A stretch of DNA of 63,562 nucleotides, filler included, from Octopus bimaculoides (taxonomy: Eukaryota), in the NCBI RefSeq assembly GCF_001194135.2. It is 4 parts of 4 records of this genome, joined end to end, with 100 filler letters (N's around TTAATTAATTAA, not from the genome) between each part and the next. Parts side by side here need not be neighbours in the genome. Positions count along the whole stretch, not along the records: positions 1 to 29,745 come from NC_068981.1; 3 more parts are not named here. One strand, 5' to 3'. Made by a program: the position numbers and the translations under genes. How positions within the stretch are numbered: position 1 is the stretch's first letter; the number at the start of each line of letters is the position of its first letter. The notes beneath the pieces are model-generated. The model did no database searches. It worked only from the letters and a program-made list of their open reading frames with translations, and was not told the DNA's origin. This document shows, piece by piece, positions 13,481-26,990 of this stretch.

Positions 13481-13923
13481 TGCTGCTCTTTCGCCAAAAT
13501 TTAAAGACAAAATTCATTGTATTACATTTTGCAGATTAATATACAAATCGTCGTTTTCCAAATCATCACTAAACGTTTGTAAAGAAATTATATTATTTGT
13601 CTTCATTAATAAATCATGTTTCAAAATACATTTCATAAATGTCCAAGTGAATCAGTACTGAAAATTTACTGATGCGAGCAATTAAACTAATTCGATGTGT
13701 TCTGTATATATTTATGATGACTTTCCCATCATGTAAATCACAATTGGAATTTGTGTCCTATATCTAGTGAAAATTAAAACGTAAGATATTAAGAACACTT
13801 TATCTCGAACGCCTATAAATTGGTGTAATGGAATGCTTGAGTTTCATTTATAGATGTAGAGTATATGAACATTATATACACACGCATATATATTATATAT
13901 GCGTATATGTGTATCTATATATA

Positions 13924-13969
<46 letters not shown>

Positions 13970-14129
13970 AAAAGGCTGAATTATATATCGTCCTTTAATT
14001 TGCATGATTCCAAAAATCGATTTCTAATAAGGATTCTTCATGTTTGCTCGCAGCCTACTGACATTAGTTTGCGAATATAAAAAAATAATACTCGTATATG
14101 ATGTGTTATGTAAATTTATGGAAATTAAC

Positions 14130-15670
14130 AAATTTGTTCAAAATGGAGAAGAGAAGATGTTAGGATTTGAAAGAATTTTAATTCATGCATTCGATCGTTT
14201 CAAACATTGATATTAAAACATGCAAATTCATGGTTGAATAGAAATAATTAAATTAATTTGATTAAATTAGACTGAATATTTATTACTGTTCTCCTCAGTG
14301 CAAGAAGAATAGACAAAAAATTATTACTACAGAGGACATGATAAATGAAATAGCAGAGAATAATTTCAGATATTCATATTTATCCTTATGAAAAATACGA
14401 GCATCATAATCAAGAATGTGAGTCTATTTATGTATAAACTAAAACTAAGGCAACTAATGGTTATTTGAAAATATAGATGAAAAAGGTTTTATGAGACGTT
14501 CCCTCTATAGAAGAGTAAGTAGATACGTAATTCAAACTCCAAATAAGTCATGTGTGTAAGGACGTTTTATAGAAATGTCCAATGGAAATGCATAGTTACG
14601 TTTGAATTAGGATATGACTTGATAGTTATAAACATTATTAGGTATAGTGTGTATTTAAGAAAATTGTGCGTCAGAATGAAATTAAACTAGAAAATGTTCT
14701 ATATAGGAGGTTGTTAGAATGTAACGAAAACAAGTACTATGTGGTACAGATGCTTAAAGAACTACGTAAAAGGGAGCTGCCTTAGTGTAAGAACTAATTT
14801 TCATTTGTATGAGTTAAATATAAGGTAAAAAATTTAAAAACTAGGAAATTAGTTGTCAATATTACAGATTTCGATAATAGAGCTAGGAATGAGGGGTAGA
14901 AAATGTCAAATTATAAGTATCGATATGTAATACATTGACTATGCTTTGGTATAAATAAAAGTATGAGTTAAGAAGCTAGCTTGGCATAAAGTGAGAAGGA
15001 ATTGTATATTAATATTATGTAGGTAATAAGTATTCAAATAATAGGTTATTCCGCATTACGAATATAAGAAAAAGTCATGTAATATTAACAACTAATTTTC
15101 TATTTTTTAATTTTTTTACCTTATATTTAATACATACAAACGAATATTAGTTCTTACACTAACACAACTCCATTTTACATAGTTTTTTAAGCATCTCTAC
15201 TACTTAATACTTGTTTTCGTTACATTCTAACAGCCTCGTATATAGTACATTCTCTAGTTTAATTTCATTCTCACGTACATGACTTATTTGGAGTTTGAAT
15301 TACGTGTATACTTACTCTTCTATAGAGGGAACGTCTCATAAAACCTTTTTCACCTATATTTGTCTTAGTTTTAGTTTATACATAACTAGACTCACATTCT
15401 CGAGTATGATACTCGTATTTTTCATAAGGATAAATATGAATATCCGAAATTATTCTCTGCTATTTCATTTATCAAGTCCTCTGTAATAACAATTTTTTGT
15501 TTATACTTCTTCCACTGAGGAGAACAGTGATATATATTTAGTTTAATTGAATCAGATTAATTTGATTATTTCTATTCTTGCATGTTTTAATATAAGTGGT
15601 TGAAACGATCGTATGCATGAATTAAAATTCTTTCAAATCTTAAGATCTCTTCTCCATTTTTAACAAATTT
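14130..15670. repeat. Long fold-back element: arms of about 600-735 bp, about 210-bp spacer
   Basis: Left arm 14130-14866 and right arm 15078-15670 are reverse complements, e.g. gaaaaaggttttatgagacgttccctctatagaagagtaagta versus tacttactcttctatagagggaacgtctcataaaaccttttttc. The left arm carries an extra ~110 bp near 14555-14667. Confidence 0.9.
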
Positions 15671-16008
15671 ATATATATATATTGGGTAGCTTCAGCCCTT
15701 CAAAAATGCAAGCACACGTTGGCCGTTTGCGCCTTCCTTCTTCTTCGTTCGACTTTCCTCTTTCCTTTCTTCTTTCCGGCGTACAGCCATACTTGAAACG
15801 TTAAAAACCCCCTCTCTTCACCGATCGTCAAACTAACATAAATCTTGTGAACATCCTCACCTTGGTCTTTTTCTCTTTTCCTATTTTCATTGTCATTGTT
15901 CTCTTCTCGTTTTGTTTATTATTCGTTACTTTATACTTCTTTTTCCATTGAAATATATATGTGTGTGTGTATGTGTGTGTATCTGTGTGTGTTTGTGTGC
16001 ATACATGC

Positions 16009-16062
<54 letters not shown>
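16009..16062 (+). repeat. (GATA)n microsatellite
   Basis: Direct reading. Confidence 0.95.
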
Positions 16063-16064
<2 letters not shown>

Positions 16065-16793
16065 AATTTATTCCATCTTCACCGAAACTGAGTTGAATAT
16101 CCTGAATATCATCCTACTAATGGGTTTCAGGTACTTCAGCTAATCTTAGAATTAATCTAATATACTCACGCTTCCATTTAGATTCGTGTTCTGAATTAAA
16201 TTGTGTTTCATTTTTCTCTAGAGAAAATGGGGTTCTGCTACTTCTATGGAATATGGACAGTTATCTTAAAGTTAGCGCAACTTAACACAGTTTACGTTTC
16301 TCAAGGTCTACTGTGATACTAAATGAATAAAACAGTTTAATGCCGTAATAAATTACTGCTAGAATGAGATATATATCAAATATGTAAAAATGCCTTTAAA
16401 TATGGTGTTAAGGAAAACTGTGATATATATATATATATANNNNNNNNNNNNNNNNNNNNNNNNNNNNNNNNNNNNNNNNNNNNNNNNNNNNNNNNNNNNN
16501 NNNNNNNNNNNNNNNNNNNNNNNNNNNNNNNNNNNNNNNNNNNNNNNNNNNNNNNNNNNNNNNNNNNNNNNNNNNNNNNNNNNNNNNNNNNNNNNNNNNN
16601 NNNNNNNNNNNNNNNNNNNNNNNNNNNNNNNNNNNNNNNNNNNNNNNNNNNNATATATATATATATATAGTCCAGTGTGAGGTTATGCAAAAAATACCAA
16701 TCAATCTTTCTAATATAATCAGTACGCAAAATATAAACTTATTATGTATTTTAGTTATTTACAGCCAAATTTGTTTATGTATTTTAATTACAG

Positions 16794-16843
16794 ATGAAAA
16801 TTATCATATTCATTTCGCTGCTGACCGTGTTCGCAATGGATGG
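16794..16843 (+). CDS. Secreted EF-hand protein, coding exon 1 (signal peptide MKIIIFISLLTVFAMDG)
   Basis: ttacag|ATG AAA ATT...GAT GG|gtaagt. It encodes a hydrophobic signal-like peptide, and its phase-2 end joins the phase-2 start of exon 22100. Confidence 0.8.
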
Positions 16844-17595
16844 GTAAGTAAGACTGAAGAGCGTTTTATGTTGTATTTTAAAGTATATATTTCATTATGT
16901 AGAGAAATGTGAATTATCTGTGTCCATATATGTTAGACATCTATGTAATTTATGCCTTTGAAGTCAAACAAATAAGCATACTGAAAATATTATGCGCCCA
17001 ACCATAAAAGAGCACTGCAGTAGTAATGACTTTATAATACGTTAGAACCTGAAATATAATCAAGGAGTCATAGATCAAAACAGAAACTTGCCTCTATGCC
17101 TTAACATGGCACGTAAAGTTAAATACAAATATTTTAAACAGCAAAGTAATAATGTGCAATATGCCTTACATTTACCCAGTTTGATATACTCAGAATTGAA
17201 AATTTGGTAATTAATCTTCGCCAATGAATTATAACGTATACAGAATTAATATAAAGAATACGATAACTGATAATATGGATATCTATAGAATTTTTGAAGT
17301 ACGATTATTTGCTCTTCTGGAATGATGATCTACGTAAGTAATGTTTAAGTTATACCTAGTGTCAGCTTCGACAGATACCCTAGCATGGATGTATATGAAT
17401 TAACATATTTAATAAAATATCGATAAAAGGAGAAAAAAAAATTGTCTATCTAGATACTGGTTTATTCTGAAAACAGTGGATAGCTATTGTTTTCTCATAA
17501 TCGGTCACCACCAGGAGAATTGTAGAAACAGAAAATTGCTAATATACGTTAATGTAATGTAATTCCCACTAATTTAACTATAAGGATTTTTATAA

Positions 17596-17625
17596 ACTAG
17601 CAGAAATACCCGGCATTGCTCCTTG
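17596..17625 (-). mobile_element. Helitron-like 3' terminus
   Basis: ctagcagaaatacccggcattgctc is the reverse complement of gagcaatgccgggtatttctgCTAG, matching 59130-59153. Confidence 0.4.
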
Positions 17626-17649
17626 GTAAAAATGGCATAGCTTTCTATT

Positions 17650-17845
17650 GTTTTACATGTCTCGGTCATGTGACTCTAGCCATGCTGGAGAACTGCCTTC
17701 AGTCTCCAGTCGAAGAAATCGACCACAAGAGTTATTCTTTGTAAGCCTAGTACTTATTCCATCGATGTATTTTGCTAAACGAGTAAATTAAGGGAACGTA
17801 AACACAGCAACATCGGTGACGAAGTTATGGTGGCGGTACAAACAG
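17650..17845 (-). mobile_element. SINE family A, 3' half
   Basis: Reverse complement of the family A tail (gccatgctggag, gtaagcctagtacttattc). Confidence 0.7.
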
Positions 17846-18599
17846 AGAGAGAGAGACACACACACACACACACATACATACGTACTATATATATATATAT
17901 ATATATATNNNNNNNNNNNNNNNNNNNNNNNNNNNNNNNNNNNNNNNNNNNNNNNNNNNNNNNNNNNNNNNNNNNNNNNNNNNNNNNNNNNNNNNNNNNN
18001 NNNNNNNNNNNNNNNNNNNNNNNNNNNNNNNNNNNNNNNNNNNNNNNNNNNNNNNNNNNNNNNNNNNNNNNNNNNNNNNNNNNNNNNNNNNNNNNNNNNN
18101 NNNNNNNNNNNNNNNNNNNNNNNNGGTAGAAACTATTTTAGTGGGGAAACACGTGGTCGATGTAAATAGAGAAAGAAATAAGATGAAAAAACACAGATTT
18201 GTTTGCAGTATTTAAGTATATATTAAAACCATGATAATAAAGATATTGTATATTTTTTACAAAATAATGTTTTGTTCTTTCAATATAATTGAAGTAAGGA
18301 CAAGTTTCGCATTGCTCATCAAACTGAGAGTTGAAAGAGATAAATTGCTAGGCGAAAAAAACACTTGTTCATTCATTTAGTCTGAAGGTAAATCTGTAAT
18401 TTTTCGTTTTTTTTTTTGTTCTCTGTTTATTCTGGCTTACATCTTCCATTAGATGGGGTAAGTCCTTTATTTTTAATATGGGTTCATATTTAATTATGGT
18501 TTATATAGTTGGATAAATGAGGCTTCTTTATTCAGTCATACTTGTGTTGAGTTCCAGAAGGCTAGTTGATAAAATGGGAAAATTTTGAATTGTGGTTTT

Positions 18600-19500
18600 A
18601 ATTCTTCTGCCCTTTCGTCAATGTGTTGACTGAGGTATATTTGGCGATATTTTGGGGAGGAAATTTGTTGTCTGTTGACCGTACATCTCTTTCGGATCGA
18701 ATTTCCTGTTAAGTCTGTCAGATTACAATACTCCCAGAAATTTATAACTTTCTCTCTCCTTCAAGGATTTTATTATCTGGCCATCAGGTAATTAGATGCC
18801 TTGCCATTATTAATATTGCACCCTTATCCAAGCCAAATCCCATGCCTATATCTTTGCTTAATTGTCTTACAGTTTGTATTAAAGAACTATCACTTTTTCA
18901 TTCTTACTAAAAAAAAGCTTCAAATCATCCATGCAGAGCAAATGGTTAAATTGTTCCTTACTATTTCTGAACTGATAACCTGCATTTGCCTTCCTTAATA
19001 CTAAACTGGGGAGTATTAAACATAAGACAAATATTAATAATAACGACTCTCCTTGGAAAATTCCTATCTTGATATTAACCAGACTGTGTCACCTGAGTAA
19101 AAATCTTACTTCCATTTCTTCATGGTAATGCTGATTAATTCTCTCATGTTGTCTACTATACTGAATAAACTCAAACACTCACTTAAACATGAGTATGGGA
19201 TTATGCCATAGGCTTTCCTATAATCTATCCATGCAATTGTTAGATTTTTTTCTTTCTAGCTTTTACTGCATTTAGAACTGCCTTTATTATGTAGAATGGA
19301 TCACTTCTTTCTCTAGTCCTCTTCCTGCAACCTTTCCGTTCTTCTGGCGAAAAATTCTGGTTGTCAAGGTGCTCGCAAATACCTTCTGAATGCATTCCTG
19401 TTAACAGCTTCTATACTAATGATACGCACGTGATTGGTCTATAATTTCTAGCAGTATTACGCTTGTTTTTATCTGCCATAAAGAGTATTGTCTTCTTCAC
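18600..19500 (-). mobile_element. R4/Dong-type non-LTR retrotransposon RT fragment
   Basis: Minus-strand remnants PEERKGCRK, KNLTIAWIDYRKAY, IKIGIFQGESL, with stops and frameshifts. Confidence 0.8.
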
Positions 19501-21599
19501 TGAGCCACATTCTCCTTCATACCCTATTTCTGCTGGTTATTTATTAGGATAACAGCTGTGATCAGTCTGCATCTTCAATGAACCACTGACAAACGAGAGG
19601 CCTTCCTTTAGAGGTCCAACCTCATTTTCGCTGTTACAAACAGTTCCTACGTAAACGCCTGTTCCTCATACACTGAGGTAAGGTAACGCCCGTCACCAAC
19701 ATCGTCAACACTATTATTTTCCGACATCCAATAGTTTCAAGTAACTTTATTGCATAATTTGCATCACTTTTGTGCTGGTGAAGTGGTGTGAGTTGCATAT
19801 TTTTAGTATGTCTGTTGTAGGGTTGGTTTGTGTCTTCTGTTGTATTAGTTATTGTTTTGTGTTATTTGTGCAGTTCAGGTTGTATTCTTATCTTGGGTTN
19901 NNNNNNNNNNNNNNNNNNNNNNNNNNNNNNNNNNNNNNNNNNNNNNNNNNNNNNNNNNNNNNNNNNNNNNNNNNNNNNNNNNNNNNNNNNNNNNNNNNNN
20001 NNNNNNNNNNNNNNNNNNNNNNNNNNNNNNNNNNNNNNNNNNNNNNNNNNNNNNNNNNNNNNNNNNNNNNNNNNNNNNNNNNNNNNNNNNNNNNNNNNNN
20101 NNNNNNNNNNNNNNNNNNNNNNNNNNNNNNNNNNNNNNNNNNNNNNNNNNNNNNNNNNNNNNNNNNNNNNNNNNNNNNNNNNNNNNNNNNGCATATTTTT
20201 AGTATGTCTGTTGTAGGGTTGGTTTGTGTCTTCTGTTGTATTAGTTATTGTTTTGTGTTATTTGTGCAGTTCAGGTTGTATTCTTATCTTGGGTTTTCAA
20301 ACTTCTACAAGTTGCAGGCTTTATTCATTTTATTGGATATTTACTGTATTATTTCATTCCTGTATGCTTTTGGAGGGGTCCTGCATAGTAGCGTATGTAA
20401 GTCATAAGTAAACAATTTCATCGTATTCATGATTCTATCCATCGTTCTTTTTTTCTTTTTCGGTTTGTTTTGTTATAGGTCTGCCTTTACAGCGATTACC
20501 TTTTAACAGAACACCACTCATGGACATGTGTTGACACTTCTTTCGTATTTGTACTTAATTTTTATGCATAAGCGAGAGAGCGAGTAATGTGGATATATAT
20601 AGTAATGTGCATATGTATAGGGCATTTGTATAAATATGGAGGCATATGTAATTAAAATTTAAAATTCACGCACAGATACATGGTTATCTTTAGAGAGAGT
20701 CATTGCAGTCCGTCTGCTTACATTTTCACCCACGTCCTGATGTGGCGGCACATCTGACAGAAGCTATTATATATATANNNNNNNNNNNNNNNNNNNNNNN
20801 NNNNNNNNNNNNNNNNNNNNNNNNNNNNNNNNNNNNNNNNNNNNNNNNNNNNNNNNNNNNNNNNNNNNNNNNNNNNNNNNNNNNNNNNNNNNNNNNNNNN
20901 NNNNNNNNNNNNNNNNNNNNNNNNNNNNNNNNNNNNNNNNNNNNNNNNNNNNNNNNNNNNNNNNNNNNNNNNNNNNNNNNNNNNNNNNNNNNNNNNNNNN
21001 NNNNNNNNNNNNNNNNNNNNNNNNNNNNNNNNNNNNNNNNNNNNNNNNNNNNNNNNNNNNNNNNNNNNNNNNNNNNNNNNNNNNNNNNNNNNNNNNNNNN
21101 NNNNNNNNNNNNNNNNNNNNNNNNNNNNNNNNNNNNNNNNNNNNNNNNNNNNNNNNNNNNNNNNNNNNNNNNNNNNNNNNNNNNNGGTGTAAATTTGAAC
21201 GTTCACACCAGTCAATAAAATTAAAACTGTATATCAATTTGTTTGAATGAAGAAAGTTCATTAATTTTAGTGGTGGTCATACTGAAAAAAACAAGTGTGA
21301 AAAGAAAGTAGTAAAAAAATGGGAGTTTGGTTTACAGTTTTTCGGATTCTCTTCTAATAGACGCTTTCGCGTGTAGTGGTATGTTTTGGGATCAGATGAA
21401 TTTATAATTTTTGTTTTCCGCGAGCGGATCTGATTTTTGATTCGTTAAAATTCTGGTGACGTTCTTTTTTTTTTCCGTGGTCAAGCTTGTCATTCTGCTT
21501 GGTTGATTTCTTTGTGGATACAGTCATAAGTCGCTCCGGTTAGTTGCTTCTCTTAAAGGGTCATTTCGTTGTATTCGCTGATAAAGAAAATGATGATCA

Positions 21600-21990
21600 A
21601 TCAATCCGTCACAATAAAAGTAACTATTGTCCAACAAAAGGAAAAAAAATCAAACTGGATAACTTTTGTGATTTGATTTCCAGTTTCCCCTTCAATTTAC
21701 TCCCACCCCCAAAATTTAAAATAGATACAAGTAGAGAAGCATAGGAGATCATCACTAATCTCAAGGAGGATGACAACATAATTATAAAAGAAGCCGACAA
21801 AGGGAGTACTGTAATTATCATGGACTCGGAAAAATACATAAACACTACCCTAACCCTCCTTCAAGACAATACCTACTATGAAAAAATCAACAACTACAGT
21901 CAATACAAGATAATGACCAAACTGTCGACCTTATCGACTAATTCCAACGAGATTTAACAAAAAAGGAGACAGATTACTTCTTGACTAGAT
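21600..21990 (+). mobile_element. Penelope-like element ORF fragment (pre-RT region)
   Basis: LKEDDNIIIKEADKGSTVIIMDSEKY..LLQDNTYYEKI matches the IIKxADKG-x-VVIM motif typical of Penelope-like RT ORFs. Confidence 0.75.
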
Positions 21991-22099
21991 TTGACTCAGC
22001 ACGCACCAATATATATGTATATGTATATATATATACATATACATATACATATGTATTGCTGTGTGCTGAGACAATTCTTCTGTGTATTTATATATTCAG

Positions 22100-22221
22100 C
22101 ATATACGGTCAGAGAGACGGAGGCCGCACCCTTCCAGATGATGAGTATTCCCGCCATATTTATACTAGACTGAATGCAAATAACGATAGTCATATTGATT
22201 TCCATGAAATAAAATTCGCTT
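22100..22221 (+). CDS. Secreted EF-hand protein, coding exon 2 (3' end lost in N gap)
   Basis: tatattcag|C ATA TAC GGT...; IYGQRDGGRTLPDDEYSRHIYTRLNANNDSHIDFHEIKFA contains the EF loop NANNDSHIDFHE; the sequence runs into the gap at 22222. Confidence 0.8.
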
Positions 22222-22299
22222 NNNNNNNNNNTATATGTGTGTGTATATATATATTTTTTCTTTTTTCTCTTTTTTCTCTTTTCTTTATTCCTCTCTTCC

Positions 22300-22660
22300 T
22301 GTTTTCGATTTGACCTTACAAATACATTCCCTAATTTTAGGTCATTTTAAATAAAACCCTCGATTCAATAGCACTGTATACAAACTCTATACTTGGAATG
22401 ACCAATTTTAAATACTATTGGAATTTACTCACAAGTTATTGGAATCTTATACATATACCATTCTGCCTAAATAATGGATCTACAAATGCAATATCCCTGC
22501 ATGTCTCACATCTATTTTCATTCCTCCACTTCACTCTCAATTTCGTATCTTATCTAAATTAACTATTGCATAACCATCTTTTCACACCATCTCCGATGAG
22601 GGATTATAATAAATTTCCTGGAAACAGCTGTAAGATATTCTATTTATAAATGTTCTAAAT
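22300..22660 (+). mobile_element. Penelope-type 3'/pseudo-LTR remnant with hammerhead-like motif
   Basis: Ends with atct-ccgatga...gaaacagctgta-agat; the same terminal motif occurs at 30005-30090 on the minus strand. Confidence 0.55.
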
Positions 22661-22879
22661 CTTCACAGCCTTGGTTTTTTTTTATCTCATTCTTAATTTT
22701 TTTTATGTATACACATGCTGATATATGACCTACGTTGGACTCCTTATTCGTATTATCACCGAACGTGGAGCTTAACTGTGGTCTATCCGTAGTACTTACT
22801 CAGCATTGCTTGACACCTTTCGGTCTTATTGACACCATTACCTCACATAACCTCTCTTTGTCTCTCTCATTCTCTCTCT

Positions 22880-22921
<42 letters not shown>

Positions 22922-24440
22922 NNNNNNNNNNNNNNNNNNNNNNNNNNNNNNNNNNNNNNNNNNNNNNNNNNNNNNNNNNNNNNNNNNNNNNNNNNNNNNN
23001 NNNNNNNNNNNNNAGAGAGAGAGAGAGAGAGATTCAAATATTAGTTAAAAGCAACGCAGCTTGAGGAACATAAACAATATCAAACACACATACACAAGGT
23101 GTAAGTTTCGCTAGCTCGTGGATAGACAGAGCTTATAGGCATTAGAAAGTATGTATAGTTGTATAACGAGAATATATTTTCTCACGCCTGTAAGTGCACC
23201 ATTCCACAAACTTCCAATCCAAAACACGTATCTTGTGTACGTGTGTTCGGCATTGTGTGTTTGTGTATGCGTGTGTGTTTGTGTGTGTGTGCGTTGTGTG
23301 TGCGTATTTGTGTGTGCGTGTGTGTGTAAATTTCAGTATGCATGCGAATCAGATACTTAAATAGTCAGGTCGGTGATATCACAATCGTCTACAAAATACA
23401 TTTGAAGAGAAATAAGCACTTATTAAAGTAAACACGGATTTATACGATCACAAATGACTGGCTGAATATACAGTGCACATAAGTATAAACACTTCTCCCA
23501 TTCTGCTGCACACAGTAGACTCCAGATCCAAGCGAACTGCCGCTTCTGACTTAAATGTATACAAATAACAGCTGCAATGTGGTTCACTACAACTGTTTCA
23601 GACGCTTTTTATTGATGAATAGAAGTGTCATATCCTGAAAACAAAAATAAAGAAACATGTTTTATGAGGTAAATAGATGTAGGAATTAAACATTTTGAAC
23701 ATCTCAATAACAAATAAGTGCCATTTTGAATCTAACGGCCAACATTCGGTCAGAGAGGGAATAACTACGCTAGCATGTAGCTTATAAAGAGGAACGTGTT
23801 AGGTGCTTGGATCCGGGAGGGGAGCGGAATGGGATTGTTTTGGAGGGAGACATACGGAGGAGAGACGAGATAAGGAAATGTGTATGATCACGTCCTACTG
23901 CGTAAACAGTTATACATAGGAAAATTTAATTTTAATTTTTAGTTAGACGACAGTGTCCTACACCAAAACTCATTAACGGTTAATAAAAATGGAAGGGCTG
24001 GGGAACGGATTATTACATACATACTTACAGTTGTGAACAAAGATACACACACAGAAATATATTTATGATAAAAATAGTTACGCGGATATAAACACATATA
24101 AGTTTCCACATTTATACATACAATAACATACATAAATATGCACACAAACATACACATTCATACACATGTATCGCGCCTTTTCCTTGTTATGAGACATAAA
24201 AAATGCTTGATTCTTACATGTATTCACTTTTCTTTTTTGCATGATGACTTATATTCGTCAATAAAAGAAAAACGCGTTGCAAACAGCTTTAGCGAACCAC
24301 AATTCATATGTTATATATATANNNNNNNNNNNNNNNNNNNNNNNNNNNNNNNNNNNNNNNNNNNNNNNNNNNNNNNNNNNNNNNNNNNNNNNNNNNNNNN
24401 NNNNNNNNNNNNNNNNNNNNNNNNNNNNNNNNNNNNNNNN

Positions 24441-24508
<68 letters not shown>
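24441..24508 (+). repeat. (TG)n microsatellite abutting gap
   Basis: Direct reading. Confidence 0.95.
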
Positions 24509-24513
<5 letters not shown>

Positions 24514-24779
24514 ATGAGTGATACTAGGCACACTAATACAAAAAGGCAATTTTTATATCCTATTTAACGAATGCTATGTTATTTACCTTGATAGGACATC
24601 TGATATGAATGCATGGCGCATAAAACTACGCATATTCATAACGCTGGCAGGGTGCCGGAACTACGATATCACGTGATTTTGACGTTCCCCTCTCTTCAGC
24701 AGTAGACGTCCGGTAGACACATAAGGTCAAATCTCACTGCCAGCAAATTTATATTAATACATTAATATATACATGAAAG

Positions 24780-24965
24780 ATGGTGAGCTGGCAGAATCGT
24801 TAGCACGATCGTCATTTCGTTTGTCTTAACGTTCTGATTTTATATTCTGCCGAGGTCGACTTTGCATTTCATATTTCGGACTCTATAAAATATGGACTAG
24901 TTCAACACTGGAGTTGATGTAATCGACTTACTGCCTTCACCGAACTAAACTGTTCCTGTGCCAAA
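24780..24965 (+). mobile_element. SINE family B
   Basis: ggtgagctggcagaatcgttagcacg...tctgccgaggtcgactttgcatttcat. Confidence 0.75.
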
Positions 24966-25834
24966 AGTGTCAGTTGGTATATTAATATATTCATACATAT
25001 ATAATTTGGTGAATAACATTGTTTTCTGTATTCATCCTCGCCCAGTACTTATAACATAGATTAATGACATTTATTTCAAAAGGGGCCATTTCTTGATACA
25101 TTTTATTCGATATTTTTTTTTTTTTTTTACTTAACATCTAACTCCTTATAACTACGATGCACTTTTTTCCTGAACTGCCCCCCCCCCCGTATATGTGATG
25201 TTTACGCGGTCTTTGAACAGCTTATATTCCAGATTCATGCGAGAAAATATGACTTGAAATGTCTGATATTAGTAACACTTTTGACTTTAACTCGAAAATT
25301 TGAACTCGTTATAATATATTATGTCTGTTGTGAAAGTCTTTTTGATCTTGGTTTTAAACTGTATACATTTATTCTCAAGTATTCCACGAGTTTGAGTACT
25401 TAATAGATATACTTTGCAAATTGCTAATTTTTTCTTTCATATACCTCATTTTCTCCCATTACTGAAATGAAAATGTGAGTTATCTGTTTACGCATTTATT
25501 TTACATCTGAATGGTGTTTCATGATTGCACATTATAATGAGAGTTTCTCAATCGAAATATGAAGTAGAATGAGTACGTTGTATACACATTTATCCTATGA
25601 TTTAGTTGTGATATTCAAAACTATATATGACTAAATTCGTTTCCAGATAGTTTCATTTAATTAATGTTTCTTTGTAATCAAAAGACTGAGTTTATAAACT
25701 TCCATTGTATATTTTGATTGTCCAATGCAACGTGTGAAAGTAGATACCATTGAGGTCGATGGCTTCTAGGTAAGTCCAATAAAATAAAATATTAAATATG
25801 CATCACCTATGGTTGTATTTACTATAAATTTCAG

Positions 25835-25999
25835 ATGATGGATTCGTGAGTAAATTAGAGTTTGTACAAGCAGTAGAGGCGCAAGAACATCCGCAGAATG
25901 CAAAAATATTTGGGATGTTTGATAAACTGGATACTGATGGAGATGGAAAGTTGAACTTAATAGATATCAGAAGAACATTTAACATTATTGATGAAGATG
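25835..25999 (+). CDS. Secreted EF-hand protein, coding exon 3
   Basis: tttcag|AT GAT GGA TTC...GAT G|gtactg (165 nt, phase 1-1); DGFVSKLEF, FDKLDTDGDGKLNLID and IDEDG EF-hand loops. Confidence 0.9.
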
Positions 26000-26339
26000 G
26001 TACTGCTTCATTTATTTATTTATTTAATTATTTATTTATTCATTTATCTGTTTGATTACGTATATTCAGCTGCTAGTTAGAAATTGTACATGACCTTTTT
26101 CAGCTGTATAGGTCACACAAATGATTCCGTGTTTTTCTCTCTACTTCTCGTCTTTCTATATCTATCTCTGTGAATATATATGTGTGTGTGTTTGAGCGTG
26201 TGTATGCATTTATATGCATGCATTTATGTACACATGTAGTGATGCCACAGTGAGTGATCCCGTATAAGATATTCCCAAGTATATTACTCAAATCTACACA
26301 TTTTCAAGGTTGCCTTGTGTGTAAGTGTGTCAGAGAGCG

Positions 26340-26570
26340 CACGTGTGTGTGAATGCCTGCGCCTGTGTTTCTCCTCTATCACTGCTTGACAACCGGTGTT
26401 GTTGTACTTCGTCCCCGTCACCTTGCGGCTCAACAAAAGATACACACAGAATAAGTATTAGGCTTCAAATGAAAAGAAGTGCTAGGCTCGATTAGTTCGA
26501 CTAAACATTTCCTCAAGACGGTGCTCCAACATGGGCTCAGTGCAATGACTGAAACAATAAAAATATAAAC
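26340..26570 (+). mobile_element. SINE family A, 3' half
   Basis: cactgcttgacaaccggtg...cgtccccgt...ggtgctccaacatgg...tgactgaaacaataaaa. Confidence 0.75.
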
Positions 26571-26612
26571 GATGAGTATACACGTATGCGTGTAAGGAGA
26601 CACACTCTCACA

Positions 26613-26676
<64 letters not shown>

Positions 26677-26990
26677 TACCAACACACCATGAGATGTATT
26701 ACCAGATATCAACTGGCGTCAATGCTCTAGGCGGCGCTGACCCGAGATGTGGGAATATCAGTTTGTCAGAGCTACATGGGATCATGCAGCATTACGCTAT
26801 ACATGAACTGGACAGTTTGTCTTGGAGTTTCTACACATATATTATTTCAACATAGTATATTAGTATAGCAATACTTGTGATTCATAACAGGAAACTACAC
26901 GAACTGTTAATAATTAATGCAAACTTTCGGATTTTCCGTTTCAACTTTCGTATATATTTTCATTATTTTCTCTACATTTTTTCATTACAG

